A stretch of DNA of 64,000 nucleotides from Candidatus Omnitrophota bacterium (GCA_021735655.1 JAIPGM010000006.1:36491-100490), one strand, 5' to 3'; shown: positions 47,508-59,271, numbered from the stretch's first letter. Numbers and translations: made by a program. The notes: generated by a model not told the origin, from the sequence alone.

Positions 47508-49280
47508 TTATTCTCTAAATGGTTTATATTCTTTGCCGGACCACTGCATACCTAGGTGCCCGGAAAACTCAAGCATATTAAGTCTAACCCCGTGAACAAT
47601 TACTGCCATAAATCCTAGTAGGATATTTAAAGAATGACCCAAAACAAGAATTATGGCTGCGGCTAAAGCTGCTAATGGATTGTTAATTCCTCCCGATAAA
47701 GCCATATTGTTAAAACTAGAGGCAACAACTACTGTAGCATAGCCAACTGCAAACAACCTAAGATAGGATACTATATCGGAAAAAGAGCTAATAATACTTA
47801 AAGGTAGATCAGCTAAAGAAACCAAAACTCCTTTAAAAAAATTCTTCTGGGGATTAGAAAACAAAATTACTAAACCTAAACCAACAGTTAATAACAACGG
47901 CCCCGAAGCCGGAAAAGGTTTATTTAAAATATAAGTTCCAGCCAGAAAAAATATGGCCCACAAAATAAAAATCCAGCCCACCTGAGCAAGGGCTTTCAAA
48001 GAATTAATAAAGGCAAAAGCCCGCTTTAGATGAGCTATGCTCAAATGACCCACGCCAATAAAAAGACACAAATACATCATAAAATTATGGTTAGAACCGA
48101 CAAAACTGTTAATCCGGTTTATAACCAAATAATTAAACCCGGGCAACTGTCCTATCTTTTCAACCCCAAACCAAGTGCCAGTAACTGCTCCCCAAACAAT
48201 CGTTGCCGCACTTAAAACATAAGCCAGAACGAAAGGTTCTCGAGGCAGCGATCTGAATTTTCTGCTTAAGAAAAAACTCACAGTTAAAAATAAAAATCCG
48301 TAACCGGCATCACCGATAAGCATAGCAAAAAAAAGGCTGAATGATAATAAAAACCAAAAACTTATATCAAACTCATCATAACCAGGAACGGTTCCCATAA
48401 ATTTAAATATCGGTTTCACGATTCCAATCCACCTAGGATTTTTAATTAAGGTCGGCACCTCTTGAGGATCCTCCGGTTCCTGGACCATCACTGCCCAGCC
48501 GTTTTTAGCTGCCGCTAGCTCAACTGCCTCTACTGATTGTTTAGGGCAAAATCCTTGCAAATAATAAATACCTTCCTTGAAACCTGCCCCAAACCGCACA
48601 TGACCAAGCTCCAGACGCTTTAAAAGTTCTTTTCTGTAAATCTTTAAGCAGCTTCGATAGGTTGAGAACTCCCTTAATTGCTTCTCAACACTCCCGAGAT
48701 CTCTTTTAAGGCCATGGATTTTTCTCTCTAAAGACTGTTGGCTTTCCTGAGGAATCCCTACCTCTAAAAAATCCAAACAATCATCATCCTTCGTGCCAAT
48801 AAAAGCAATATAGACCTCTCTTCCTTTTCTAAAAATAATCTGAATCATTTTATCTTTGGGAATACGCTTTAATGCTCTGCTATTGCACCTATATAGTTTA
48901 ACAAAGGCACCGACTCCTTTGAGTTTGTCTAAATCGTTGACTGAAGCATGTCCTAATTTTTTAACGAGCTCCAGGCGTTCTTCCAATTCTTTTAGTCTCC
49001 CAAGACACTGCTGGGTTTGTTGATTAAACCCAATAACCTCTTTAACAACTGAGGTAAGTACAATTACTGGAACATCCTTTCTTTGGTCAACCAAAGCGTC
49101 CATCAATGATGCTGCCTGATCAAGGAGGTTGATCTTATTCTCAAGAGAATCTATTCCACCGGCATGAGGCTTTTGAATATGCTTAATATGGACTAAGCCG
49201 GTTTTCCGCAACTCACAGAGAGCCTGGCTAAGATTCTTTTGATAAACCAAGACTGTGAGCTTTTTCATTTTAACAATCAT
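47508..49280 (-). CDS. V-type ATP synthase subunit I.
   Basis: Hydrophilic N-terminal half, multi-TM C-terminal half, and its position in the operon. Confidence 0.75.
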   Translation of the reverse strand: MIVKMKKLTVLVYQKNLSQALCELRKTGLVHIKHIQKPHAGGIDSLENKINLLDQAASLMDALVDQRKDVPVIVLTSVVKEVIGFNQQTQQCLGRLKELEERLELVKKLGHASVNDLDKLKGVGAFVKLYRCNSRALKRIPKDKMIQIIFRKGREVYIAFIGTKDDDCLDFLEVGIPQESQQSLERKIHGLKRDLGSVEKQLREFSTYRSCLKIYRKELLKRLELGHVRFGAGFKEGIYYLQGFCPKQSVEAVELAAAKNGWAVMVQEPEDPQEVPTLIKNPRWIGIVKPIFKFMGTVPGYDEFDISFWFLLSFSLFFAMLIGDAGYGFLFLTVSFFLSRKFRSLPREPFVLAYVLSAATIVWGAVTGTWFGVEKIGQLPGFNYLVINRINSFVGSNHNFMMYLCLFIGVGHLSIAHLKRAFAFINSLKALAQVGWIFILWAIFFLAGTYILNKPFPASGPLLLTVGLGLVILFSNPQKNFFKGVLVSLADLPLSIISSFSDIVSYLRLFAVGYATVVVASSFNNMALSGGINNPLAALAAAIILVLGHSLNILLGFMAVIVHGVRLNMLEFSGHLGMQWSGKEYKPFRE

Positions 49281-49888
49281 GAATTAACTAATTCCTTTTT
49301 ACGCTCCAATTTAGCTTTAGCAATCTTACCTCTAACTACTCCCGCGGTTTGTAATTCACCTAGATATATTTGAATAACTCGAATATTTTCTTTACTCTCA
49401 GGAATTTTTACTTTCTCAAACAAATTTACCCTTTGAGTGGCAATCCTTAGCTCCTCTTTTAAAATCTCCATCTGCTGATGATAAATTAACATCTTTGCTT
49501 TTAGGATTATCGTTTCTTTTAAGGCCTCAATAGCAGAATCAACCCATAATGGGGTAAGTAATAAGTCGTATTCTTTCTCGCTAAAATCAACTCCTGAAAA
49601 AACCGGTATATCTATTCCGGCAACGTTATCAGTAACAGTTTTTATCTTAGCTACCTTTAAAAATTCCTCAACAGGAACTTCTTGAGCAAAAACATCAACC
49701 CAGCGCAAGACCTGATTTCTTAAACTCTCTGTCTGACCGGCTAAATCTTTAATCGCCTGATACAATTTAATAATTTCAAGCTGAAACTGCTTTTTCTTTA
49801 GAATTAGCATCGGCAGATAGCGCCTGAACCTGACTAAAGATTCCTTTTGACCTTTCAATTCATTCTTAGTTAGTCTAATCTTACTCAT
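49277..49888 (-). CDS. V-type ATP synthase subunit D.
   Basis: [24 protein letters not shown] coiled-coil signature. Confidence 0.8.
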   Translation of the reverse strand: MSKIRLTKNELKGQKESLVRFRRYLPMLILKKKQFQLEIIKLYQAIKDLAGQTESLRNQVLRWVDVFAQEVPVEEFLKVAKIKTVTDNVAGIDIPVFSGVDFSEKEYDLLLTPLWVDSAIEALKETIILKAKMLIYHQQMEILKEELRIATQRVNLFEKVKIPESKENIRVIQIYLGELQTAGVVRGKIAKAKLERKKELVNS

Positions 49889-51228
49889 CGTTTATTGGAA
49901 AGCTGTTTAGGCCAGAATTCATCTAATAACTCGCTGCGGAAAGATGTTTCCTTAGGTTCAAAACAATCAGCCAGAATCTTCCAGCCTTGATCGAGTGCAT
50001 CTTCTAAAGATATTTTTACTGATAGGTCCATCATCTGAGATTCAAACAACTTACCATATTTAAGAAGTTTTTTATCCCACTCGCTCATCCGAAAGCCCAT
50101 GGCTCGTTTCTCTTCACTTTCTCGATATTGAGCATATAGCTGGATCATCCCATCCATAATCGCCCGATGGTCTTTTCGACTCTTATCGTTAACTTGCTGT
50201 TTTAAGCGGCTTAGAGAACCAAAAGGTTCGATCCGCCCGCCGCGTAAATAAAACTGACCCTCGGTAATGTATCCGGTATTATCGGGAACCGGATGAGTTA
50301 CATCATCTCCAGGCATCGTAGTCACCGCTAAAACCGTGATTGAGCCGGCGTTTTCAAAGTCAACTGCCTTCTCATACCTTCTGGCTAGCTGAGTATAAAG
50401 ATCTCCGGGATAACCCCGATTTGAAGGAACTTGCTCCATGGTAATGGCAATCTCCTTTAAAGCATCGGCAAAGTTAGTCATGTCAGTAAGAAGAACTAGG
50501 ACATCTTTTCCGGCCAAAGCAAATTTTTCAGCCACGGCTAAGCTTAAATCCGGCACCATTAATCCTTCGACTACCGGATCAGAAGCAGTATGCACAAAGA
50601 ATATCGAACGGGAAAGAGACCCGGCTTCTTCTAAAGTATTTTTAAAAAACATATATTGATCAAACTTAAGACCAATCCCCCCTAAAATAATCATGTCTAC
50701 TTCAGCCTGCATGGCAATTCTAGCTAACAATTCATTGTAAGGCTCACCGGACACTGAAAAAATCGGCAGCTTCTGAGAAACCACCAAAGAATTAAATACA
50801 TCAATCATCGGGATATTCGTCCGAATCATCCGTTCGGGAATTATTCTTTTAGCCGGATTAACTGCTGGCCCGGAAATTTCAATTAGGTTCTCAATCAAGG
50901 CAGGTCCTTTGTCGCGAGGTTGACCTGAACCGTCAAATATTCTTCCCAGCATATTTTCCGAAAAGGCAACTTGCATCGGATGCCCTAAGAACCGCACCTC
51001 ATCTTTAGTAGAAACCCCTCGACTTCCTGAAAAAACCTGTAAAGATACAATGTCTCCTTCCAATTTTATTACCTGAGCCAAAGATGACCTGCTAGCGCTT
51101 CGTACTTCAGCTAACTCCTCATAGGCAATTCCCTTAGCCTTTACAGTGATAACATTTCCGGAAACACTCAGTATTTTATTATGAACTTTTTCCATCTTTA
51201 CCCATTTTGGTTTCAACAAACTTTTCAA
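49885..51228 (-). CDS. V-type ATP synthase subunit B.
   Basis: Non-catalytic nucleotide-binding subunit motifs. Confidence 0.85.
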   Translation of the reverse strand: MKSLLKPKWVKMEKVHNKILSVSGNVITVKAKGIAYEELAEVRSASRSSLAQVIKLEGDIVSLQVFSGSRGVSTKDEVRFLGHPMQVAFSENMLGRIFDGSGQPRDKGPALIENLIEISGPAVNPAKRIIPERMIRTNIPMIDVFNSLVVSQKLPIFSVSGEPYNELLARIAMQAEVDMIILGGIGLKFDQYMFFKNTLEEAGSLSRSIFFVHTASDPVVEGLMVPDLSLAVAEKFALAGKDVLVLLTDMTNFADALKEIAITMEQVPSNRGYPGDLYTQLARRYEKAVDFENAGSITVLAVTTMPGDDVTHPVPDNTGYITEGQFYLRGGRIEPFGSLSRLKQQVNDKSRKDHRAIMDGMIQLYAQYRESEEKRAMGFRMSEWDKKLLKYGKLFESQMMDLSVKISLEDALDQGWKILADCFEPKETSFRSELLDEFWPKQLSNKR

Positions 51229-52951
51229 TCACCTGTTCTTGCTGCTTAAATTCGGCTGACTCTTGCTGTTTATAATTCAAATCAATAAATAACTGCCTTA
51301 ACTCATAAAAAAAGTTACGGGCTTTTTCTTTATGCTCAAATTCAAACTCTTGATCTAATAGATTACAAAGTTTAGCAAAAACATATTTTTGCCGACCTAG
51401 GCTAGTTGCAGCATCCACCTCATCAAAACCATTCTGTTGCAAATAAACATTATCAATAAACTCTGCCTTTAAATGGAGAATAAAGTCTTCCATCGAAGTT
51501 CCTTCTTCGCCAACTACTTTCATCATCTGAGCAACCTCATTGCCGCTGGCTAATATAGCTTTAGCTTTTTTAACTAACTCCGAATCGATAAAACCCTGAT
51601 AGCGCGACCAACTAGTCAGAGGGTCGATTGAAGGAAACCGACGAGCATTAGCTCGATCGCGAGAAAGACCATGAAAAGCACCAACCACCTTAAGCGTTGC
51701 TTGAGTAACCGGCTCTTCAAAATTACCTCCAGCCGGAGAAACGGTTCCGCCAATAGTCAAACTCCCTTTTTGACCATTTCTCAATTTAACTACCCCTGAG
51801 CGTTCATAAAACTCAGCGATTCGAGACTCTAAATAAGCCGGGTAAGCTTCCTCACCGGGGATTTCCTCCAATCGTCCGGAAACCTCCCGCATAGCCTGAG
51901 CCCAGCGTGAAGTTGAATCAGCTAACAGCAAAACATCTAGGCCCATCTGACGGTAATACTCACCTAGAGTTGTAGCAGTATAAACTGAAGCATCACGGGC
52001 TGAAACTGGCATTGAAGAAGTATTACAAATTATAATCGTACGCTCAATTAATGGTTTATTAGTCCGCGGGTCAACAAGCTCAGGAAACTTTCTTAAAGTC
52101 TCAACTACTTCTCCAGCTCTTTCACCGCAAGCAGCCACGATAACCACATCTATCTCAGCATAGCGACTAGTAAGCTGCTGAAGAACAGTCTTTCCCGAAC
52201 CAAAGGGACCGGGAATACAAAAAGTTCCGCCTTTGGCCACTGGAAATAAACTATCTATTATCCGAGCCTTGGTAATCAATGGTTCCTGAGGAGTAAGTTT
52301 TTCAAGATAAGCAAAAATAGGAATCTTTATCGGCCATTTAAACACCATAGTCAAATCTATAATTTCACCATTAGGGCTTTTTAATTTAGCAATCGTATCT
52401 TTGGTTTTATAGCTGCCTTCGGCGGCTATTTCCTCAACCGTATACTCATCATTAAGATAAAAAGGCACCATAATATAATGTTTAAATATCCCTTCCGGAA
52501 CAACACCTAAAATGCTGCCTTTGGTTACTTTAATTTTTTTAGCCTTAACCAAAGGTTTGAACTCCCATTTCTTATTTGAATCCAAAGCCTCGATTTGCAA
52601 ACCCCGGGGAAGGAAAAAACCGCACTTTTTGGCTAACTCCGGCAAAGGATTTTGCAGCCCGTCGAAAATCTGGCCCAAAAGCCCAGGACCTAGTTGAACC
52701 GAAAGCATCTGACCGGAAAATTCTACTCTATCTCCAATTCGTATCCCTTTAGTGTCTTCAAACACCTGCATATAGGCACTGTCTCCGTTTATTTTTATAA
52801 CTTCAGCCATCAAACGCTCAGTAGATGAAGCCTTTCCTTTAGGCTCACCTAGCAAACAATAGCCGACTTCGTTTTGAACAATATCGCTATCGCATTCAAC
52901 AGTAATCATATTGCCCTGAACAAGAGTAATTTTTCCCAAACGCTGGCTCAT
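51179..52951 (-). CDS. V-type ATP synthase catalytic subunit A.
   Basis: GPFGSGKTV Walker A, and the A-subunit non-homologous insertion. Confidence 0.9.
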   Translation of the reverse strand: MSQRLGKITLVQGNMITVECDSDIVQNEVGYCLLGEPKGKASSTERLMAEVIKINGDSAYMQVFEDTKGIRIGDRVEFSGQMLSVQLGPGLLGQIFDGLQNPLPELAKKCGFFLPRGLQIEALDSNKKWEFKPLVKAKKIKVTKGSILGVVPEGIFKHYIMVPFYLNDEYTVEEIAAEGSYKTKDTIAKLKSPNGEIIDLTMVFKWPIKIPIFAYLEKLTPQEPLITKARIIDSLFPVAKGGTFCIPGPFGSGKTVLQQLTSRYAEIDVVIVAACGERAGEVVETLRKFPELVDPRTNKPLIERTIIICNTSSMPVSARDASVYTATTLGEYYRQMGLDVLLLADSTSRWAQAMREVSGRLEEIPGEEAYPAYLESRIAEFYERSGVVKLRNGQKGSLTIGGTVSPAGGNFEEPVTQATLKVVGAFHGLSRDRANARRFPSIDPLTSWSRYQGFIDSELVKKAKAILASGNEVAQMMKVVGEEGTSMEDFILHLKAEFIDNVYLQQNGFDEVDAATSLGRQKYVFAKLCNLLDQEFEFEHKEKARNFFYELRQLFIDLNYKQQESAEFKQQEQVIEKFVETKMGKDGKSS

Positions 52952-53442
52952 AGTTTCACCCCAGTCAATTGATCAAAGCGAACAGTGCCTTTTCCTTTAT
53001 CAAAACTAAAAATTCGCTCTACAATTTGTAATTTTAAAAAATATAAAATAAGACTGGCTAAATCAAAGTTATGTTCTAAGGCCCTTTCTTCAATAAACTT
53101 CCACCTAAGTTCAAGCAAATTAATTTCAACCTCTAGTGGCTGCCCGGAGATAGCCTTAGCTATTTCCGCTTTGGGTTGATAGCTTTTATTTTCCTTTTTA
53201 GCTTTTCGCACTAAAGCAATCTCGTTACGCAGGGCTTTCTCAAAACTCCCATAATCACTTAAAACTTGTGGCCCGCCGCTAGTTTCAAAAAAATCATCAA
53301 TATCTATCCGACTGATAACTTTAAACTCCGGATCGGTTAACCACTTCTTAGCCTCTTCCAAAAAAGAGGCTCGGTCAGTCTGGGCTTTTTGATTGAATTG
53401 AAGGCTGGGCAGCTGAGATACAAAATAATAATATTTATCCAT
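52948..53442 (-). CDS. Conserved hypothetical protein embedded in the V-ATPase operon.
   Basis: Encoded between subunits E and A. No motif is recognisable. Confidence 0.45.
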   Translation of the reverse strand: MDKYYYFVSQLPSLQFNQKAQTDRASFLEEAKKWLTDPEFKVISRIDIDDFFETSGGPQVLSDYGSFEKALRNEIALVRKAKKENKSYQPKAEIAKAISGQPLEVEINLLELRWKFIEERALEHNFDLASLILYFLKLQIVERIFSFDKGKGTVRFDQLTGVKL

Positions 53443-54044
53443 TATTTAGTATCAAGCATTGCGCCGATAGCCGGGTTTAGAAAACTTCTCAAAGCTTCCC
53501 CAATAGTTTCATCAGTAAAATCATAATACAAATCCTGACCCTTTATACCGATGCGAAATCCCCTATTGATATTTTTATTAATTTTTATTTCTATTTTTCC
53601 CTTAGCCTTAGCTCTTAACTCTTCATCGAGCAAACTTTCCAATTTCCGTTTGTCTTGCTCGCTTACTAAAACTTCCAAGGCCACTTCTTTATCCTTGGTC
53701 CAATTCTCGACTATTTTTACAATCAGTTTAGCCATAAACTCCGGTTTGAGCTCTCCGGCTACTTTCTGCTTAAGCAACCCCGCCAGCAAACCATTAACTT
53801 CGTTTTTAAGGCTTAGTAAGAAATCTCTGGCCGCCTGCTTTAAGGCATCCTCAGTATTAGCTTTAAGCTTACTGGCTTGAGCTTTACCTTGTGAAACTAT
53901 ATTTTCAGCCTCTCGCTCAGCCTTCTCGATAATTGTATCTGCTTCAGCCTGAGCCTTAGCCACCATATCTTTAGAGATTTTTTGAGCCTCATCCAGCCCA
54001 TCTTTTTTAATTCTAGCAATTAGACTATCCAGTTTTATATCCAT
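53442..54044 (-). CDS. V-type ATP synthase subunit E.
   Basis: Long N-terminal coiled coil AKAQAEADTIIEKAEREAE. First gene of the operon. Confidence 0.7.
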   Translation of the reverse strand: MDIKLDSLIARIKKDGLDEAQKISKDMVAKAQAEADTIIEKAEREAENIVSQGKAQASKLKANTEDALKQAARDFLLSLKNEVNGLLAGLLKQKVAGELKPEFMAKLIVKIVENWTKDKEVALEVLVSEQDKRKLESLLDEELRAKAKGKIEIKINKNINRGFRIGIKGQDLYYDFTDETIGEALRSFLNPAIGAMLDTK

Positions 54045-54091
54045 AGGATCGTATTATATCGGCTCCCTGAAAAAAGAGCAAATTGTTTATT

Positions 54092-54757
54092 TTAACCCCT
54101 TAAGACTTCCTCAGCTGCAGCCAAGTAATTTTTCTTAGCTACTATTGGCCTACCAACCACAAAATAATCGACCTTATTTTTAAGGGCATCGGTTACTGTA
54201 GCCACCCTTTTTTGATCATCACTAGTTTTCTTTGGTCTTATCCCCGGAGTTATCGTAATCAACCCAAACTTTTGCTTTATTTTTTTTGCCTCCCAAACAC
54301 TACAAACCACGCCGTCAACTCCAGCTTGTTTAGCCACCTTAGCTAACTTTAAAACTTTATCAATTGAGCTCTGTTTGGAAGTTAATTCGGTAACTCCAAT
54401 AACTAAAGGCGCTCTCTTTTTTTTGCGCCGAGCCTCTTTCTTAATCTCTCGCTTTAAAAAACTTATTGCTTCTTCTCCGGCCTTTAAGTGTACTGTAAAA
54501 GCCCAAACTCCCAAATCAACAAAAGCCTTGGCCGTCTCAACCATGGTGTTCGGGATATCATATAGCTTAAAATCTAAAAAAACCTTAGCGCCTCTTTTAG
54601 CAACCGCCTTAACAATTTTTGGCCCAAATCTAGTATAAGCAATTAAGCCAATTTTAAATATTTTAACTTTCGGAGAAAGCACTCTAATTGCTTTCCTTAT
54701 CTGACTTTGCGAAGTTAAATCTAAAGCAACAATTAGTTTACTCCAAGGTCTAGACAA
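54092..54757 (-). CDS. pyrF: Orotidine 5'-phosphate decarboxylase.
   Basis: ALDLT...KIG...DFKLYDIPNT signature. Confidence 0.85.
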   Translation of the reverse strand: MSRPWSKLIVALDLTSQSQIRKAIRVLSPKVKIFKIGLIAYTRFGPKIVKAVAKRGAKVFLDFKLYDIPNTMVETAKAFVDLGVWAFTVHLKAGEEAISFLKREIKKEARRKKKRAPLVIGVTELTSKQSSIDKVLKLAKVAKQAGVDGVVCSVWEAKKIKQKFGLITITPGIRPKKTSDDQKRVATVTDALKNKVDYFVVGRPIVAKKNYLAAAEEVLRG

Positions 54758-55655
54758 TTAATCCTCCTTTTAAACTTTTTAAATCTTTTAACTTCTTTCT
54801 CTCCAGATATTTTTTTAACCCAGCAAGAATATTTTTAGCGGCGTTAGGCTCAACTAAATTTACTGTCCCTAAACTTACTGCGTCGGCGCCAGCTAAAATA
54901 AACTCTACTACATCACTAGCTGTTTCAATGCCTCCACCACCGATGATCGGTATCTTTACATTTTTGGCTACCTTCCAAACTCGGTACAAAGCCATTGGTT
55001 TGATTGCTCTTCCCGAGTAGCCTCCGTAGATATTCCCTAAATACGGCTTTTTGGTTTCAATATTGATAGCCATCGAGAAAAAAGTATTAATTAGAGCTAC
55101 TGCATCAGCGCCACCGCTCTTAACCGCCTTAGCAACCTCAACAATATCGGTTACCTCCGGGGTAATTTTGACAATCAAAGGTTTTTTAGTTAATTTTCGC
55201 AAAGCCTTAGTTAGCCTATAAGTACTTTGGGGGCTTTGGGAAACTAATTTTTTCAACTGTAAATTAGGACAAGATAAATTTAATTCAAAAGCACAAATGC
55301 CCTTTTGTTTATCAAGCTTCTTTAAGCACTGCGAATACTCTTGATCCGAAAATCCTCCAATGCTAACAATACACTTAGTGGCTAACTTGTTGATTAAAGG
55401 GAGTTTTTCTTTAATAAATACATCAAGGCCGGGATTTTCAAGGCCGATCGAATTCATTACCCCAAATTCGGTTTCATAAATCCTTGGCGGTGGGTTACCT
55501 TCTCGAGCAGAAAGAGTTATGGTCTTGGTCGTAATTGCACCAATGGCCTTAAAATCGGCTAATCGTTTTAATTCTTCACCATAGCCAAAGGTTCCTGAAG
55601 CACATACGAAGGGGGTATCCAAAACCAATTTGCCTAATTTTACCTTTAAATTCAT
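54750..55655 (-). CDS. pyrD: Dihydroorotate dehydrogenase catalytic subunit (class 1B).
   Basis: CASGTFGYGEE and NSIGLENPG signatures. Confidence 0.85.
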   Translation of the reverse strand: MNLKVKLGKLVLDTPFVCASGTFGYGEELKRLADFKAIGAITTKTITLSAREGNPPPRIYETEFGVMNSIGLENPGLDVFIKEKLPLINKLATKCIVSIGGFSDQEYSQCLKKLDKQKGICAFELNLSCPNLQLKKLVSQSPQSTYRLTKALRKLTKKPLIVKITPEVTDIVEVAKAVKSGGADAVALINTFFSMAINIETKKPYLGNIYGGYSGRAIKPMALYRVWKVAKNVKIPIIGGGGIETASDVVEFILAGADAVSLGTVNLVEPNAAKNILAGLKKYLERKKLKDLKSLKGGLIV

Positions 55656-55945
55656 CTGATATATTGTATTCTATATTCCGGTATTTTTCAAATAATACTT
55701 TTCCTAGGCTTGAATTTATATATATTTAAGCGTATACTAATATCCGAAGTAAACAAATTTCTCCTACTCTAAATCTATCATTAAAATAAAATGAAAGATT
55801 TAAACCAATACTTACAAAATATCACTATCGCCAAAAATGAGCTTATGGAAAAATCATCCGACGAGACGTTTCGACGGAGGCCAACTCCGATATGCCCTAT
55901 TACCGTAGAGATACCTCGCGTTAGGCAACAAGGGAAGGAAAGTCT

Positions 55946-56569
55946 ATGTTAATATCGAAAAATCGACGATTCATTTTTATACATATTTATAAAAACGCAG
56001 GCACAAGTATAACGAAAGCTCTTATGCCATTTACTATGAATAAATTGCAACGTAGTAGATTGGGTCAACAATTAAAAAGGCTCCACATACCATATTTCGA
56101 ACCGCGGTCTTATCCAACCCACATCAATGCTTCAGAACTTATCACAGAAATAGGAAAAAATGTTTTTAATTCCTTTTTCTCTTTTGCTATTGTTCGGAAC
56201 CCTTGGGATTGGCAAGTCTCGCTTTACCATTATACGCTAAAAGACACCAGCCATTTTCAGCACCAACTATTCAAAAACTTCAGAAACTTTGACGAATACA
56301 TCAGATGGCGGTGTGCGGAGGAAGTTAGATTTCAAAAAGATTTTATCTATTCAAAAGATGGCACGCTGCTTGTAAACTTTGTAGGCAGATTCGAAAAGAT
56401 AGATACTGACTTTAAAACCATATGCTCCCACATTGGAGTTTCGGCATCACTCCCAAAACTCAATGTTTCTAATACAAAGCCCTATCAACAATTCTACAAC
56501 GAAGAAACAAAAAATCTTGTAAGGCAAACCTTCGCTGCCGATATCGCTCTTTTTGGATACGACTTTTGA
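55946..56569 (+). CDS. Sulfotransferase family protein.
   Basis: RFIFIHIYKNAGTSITKAL resembles the sulfotransferase PAPS 5'-PSB motif. Confidence 0.7.
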   Translation: MLISKNRRFIFIHIYKNAGTSITKALMPFTMNKLQRSRLGQQLKRLHIPYFEPRSYPTHINASELITEIGKNVFNSFFSFAIVRNPWDWQVSLYHYTLKDTSHFQHQLFKNFRNFDEYIRWRCAEEVRFQKDFIYSKDGTLLVNFVGRFEKIDTDFKTICSHIGVSASLPKLNVSNTKPYQQFYNEETKNLVRQTFAADIALFGYDF

Positions 56570-56602
56570 AAAAGATAGGTCATCAAGTAACGATGGGGTT
56601 GC

Positions 56603-57388
56603 TCAAACAATATCTTTTATATTGAAAACCGGACCGTCTTTGCAAACCTTTCTGTAGCCTTGTTTTGTTTTGATAACGCAAGCGCAACAAATACCTAAAC
56701 CACAACCCATAAACTGTTCAAAAGAAACTTGGCAATTAACTTTAGGGTACTTTTTTAAAACCTTAGCTATCTCAAAAAGCATCTCTTTAGGACCGCAAGC
56801 AAAAACAGTAGTTTCTTTAGCTAGTTTGGTACCTTTCAAAACAGTTTCTAATAAATCGACCACAGTTCCTTTTTTGCCGCTGGAACCATCATCAGTAGAA
56901 ACATAACTCTTAAACCCTAGTTTTTTAAATTCAGCCTCTGCCACAATGTCCTTCTTGGTTTTTGACCCAAGAAGAACTTTATTGTCTCCCTTGGGAAGCT
57001 TTTGAGCCAAATAAACTAAAGGGGCAACGCCAATTCCTCCGGCCAGAAGAATGCTTTGTTTCTTCTCTCTGGCCACCCTCTTTCTGCTTAACTTAAAGCC
57101 TTCCCCTAGGGGGCCAATCATATCTAAAGCTATGCCTTTTTTGCTTTGGGAAAGTTTTTTTGTTCCGCGGCCGCGCACTCTAAAAAGCACTTTCGTTTTA
57201 CCTTTTTCAATCTTATGAATACTAAAAGGACGTCTTAGAATTACTGATTCAACCTTTATGTGTAAAAACTGGCCGGGCTGGGCCACTTTAGCCAGATAGG
57301 CAGAGGAAAAGCTCATCAAAAAAATATCACTTTTTATCTTTTTAATCTCCTTAACCTTTACTTTAAATTGTTTAGCTTTGTGATTCAT
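56603..57388 (-). CDS. pyrK: Dihydroorotate dehydrogenase electron-transfer subunit.
   Basis: FAD/NAD-binding fold plus C-terminal 2Fe-2S CGLGICCACV. Confidence 0.8.
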   Translation of the reverse strand: MNHKAKQFKVKVKEIKKIKSDIFLMSFSSAYLAKVAQPGQFLHIKVESVILRRPFSIHKIEKGKTKVLFRVRGRGTKKLSQSKKGIALDMIGPLGEGFKLSRKRVAREKKQSILLAGGIGVAPLVYLAQKLPKGDNKVLLGSKTKKDIVAEAEFKKLGFKSYVSTDDGSSGKKGTVVDLLETVLKGTKLAKETTVFACGPKEMLFEIAKVLKKYPKVNCQVSFEQFMGCGLGICCACVIKTKQGYRKVCKDGPVFNIKDIV

Positions 57389-57402
57389 GCCGTTTCATTC
57401 TA

Positions 57403-59271
57403 TCAAGAAACTTGTGTTTTCTCAATCGCTTTTACTAATTTATCCGGAATAACAACTTCAGCCTCAAGCAACCCACGCAGAGAGTTTCCAATATACACCT
57501 TGTCAGCTTCGACAAAATCTTTAAGATACAAAACCTTCTCTTTGGCCCTTTCTTTTTTTAAAAGATGTTCACGAAGAACTCCCGGAAGCAAACCAGATTT
57601 TAAAGCTGGGGTATAGAGCTGCCCTTTTTTTAAAATAAATATGTTACTTATCGCGCCTTCCGTTAATTCTCCCCTGGTATTTAAAAAAATTACTTCAAAA
57701 AATCCTTTCCGGCTAGCCTCAAGCCTCTCTTGATCGTAAAGTTTACGCTTAGTTGTTTTGTGATACAAATAGACATCGCTAGAATCTGTTCTTGACCGGG
57801 ATATCTTAACCTTAACCGGGCAAACTATTTTTTTCAAAAGTTCCTTTCTAACCCTAACCTCTCCTTGCAAGGAAACCGATAATCTAACCTTAAACTCACC
57901 GTTGGCCGTAGAAGTCACCTTTTCTAGCTGGTCTTTAGCCTTTCTTATGTCTAAGGGCACTAAAAAATACTCACTTGATTTTTTTAATCGGGCTAGATGC
58001 AGCTTTAGAAAATGATAGTTGCCGTTAACCAACAAAAGAGTTTCTATCAACTCGAATTTAGCAAGCCCCTCAATAAAAAATTTAGTCTTCAGTAAAGCTT
58101 CTTCATATTCAGAACTGCCGACTGAATCGTAAACCACTCCACCGCCAATACCAATTTCCCCTCGCTGTCCTTCCAAGCTAAGTGTTCTTATTGCTACATT
58201 AAAACAACTATCTCTTTGAGGTGAAATATAACCAATAGCCCCAGTATATACGCCGCGGGGTTCTTTTTCCAACTCATGAATCAACTGCATAGTTTTTATC
58301 TTCGGAGCTCCGGTAACTGAACCACAGGGAAAAAGAGCCGAAAACAATTCTTTCTGCTTAAGGTTATTCTTGAGTCGCGCTTGAATAGTTGAGGTCATTT
58401 GATAAAGAGTACGGTGCTTTTCTATTTCAAAAAGTCTCGTTGCTGACACCGAGTCGGCAACTCTTCCTAAATCATTACGTAATAGATCAACAATCATTAT
58501 ATTTTCAGATTTTATTTTATCGCTTTTTGTTAAACTCGTCCTTAGTCTTTCATCCTCCAACAAAGTTAACCCTCTCTTGATAGTCCCCTTCATTGGCCTA
58601 ACAATTATTTTTCGATCCTTAACCCTAAAAAAAAGTTCTGGTGACAAAGAAATAACCTTATTACTTCCAGCGTTAATTACCCCGGCATAAGCGGTAGGCT
58701 GAGACCGGCGCAAATCAAAATAGCAATTTAAAAAGTCAACTTGCAAATCAAATTTAATCTTAAAAGTAAAATTAACTTGATAGGTTAGACCTTCAGCTAG
58801 ATATCGCTTTATCTTATTTATCTGTTTTAAGTATTGCTTGCGACTGATATTCGCCCGTAGATTTTTTGCTTGGCCTTGACGTAATGGTTCAGAAAAAATT
58901 TCTGTCCGTTTACCCCGAGTCATCCTATCTTGGCCAAAGATGGTTTTTGGTTTTTTGCAAACCCCCAACCAAGCCAAAGGCTCGTTGCTCTTTTTAGTCA
59001 AAGAAGCAAGAGCTGGTTCTAAAAAATATCCAAACTCATAAGAAAAATAACCCGAAAGCCAATAACCTTTATCTAAATAATTCTCTATTTTATTAAAAAA
59101 TTCATCTAGATCATCGTCACGATTAAAACTGACTATATCCACAAAATCAGAGAACAAAAATGAACCTTGGTTTTCCTTATCTAAACGTAGGCTCTCTAAA
59201 AACACATAGGGCGCATTTTGATTTTCTAATAATTTTCTTAGATAATCTTCGGAAAGTTGATCAAAGCTCAT
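57403..59271 (-). CDS. Aminodeoxychorismate synthase component I fused to aminodeoxychorismate lyase (PabB-PabC).
   Basis: Chorismate-binding motifs FPCGSVTGAPKIKTM and GGGVVYDS. A C-terminal class IV aminotransferase-like domain. Confidence 0.75.
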   Translation of the reverse strand: MSFDQLSEDYLRKLLENQNAPYVFLESLRLDKENQGSFLFSDFVDIVSFNRDDDLDEFFNKIENYLDKGYWLSGYFSYEFGYFLEPALASLTKKSNEPLAWLGVCKKPKTIFGQDRMTRGKRTEIFSEPLRQGQAKNLRANISRKQYLKQINKIKRYLAEGLTYQVNFTFKIKFDLQVDFLNCYFDLRRSQPTAYAGVINAGSNKVISLSPELFFRVKDRKIIVRPMKGTIKRGLTLLEDERLRTSLTKSDKIKSENIMIVDLLRNDLGRVADSVSATRLFEIEKHRTLYQMTSTIQARLKNNLKQKELFSALFPCGSVTGAPKIKTMQLIHELEKEPRGVYTGAIGYISPQRDSCFNVAIRTLSLEGQRGEIGIGGGVVYDSVGSSEYEEALLKTKFFIEGLAKFELIETLLLVNGNYHFLKLHLARLKKSSEYFLVPLDIRKAKDQLEKVTSTANGEFKVRLSVSLQGEVRVRKELLKKIVCPVKVKISRSRTDSSDVYLYHKTTKRKLYDQERLEASRKGFFEVIFLNTRGELTEGAISNIFILKKGQLYTPALKSGLLPGVLREHLLKKERAKEKVLYLKDFVEADKVYIGNSLRGLLEAEVVIPDKLVKAIEKTQVS

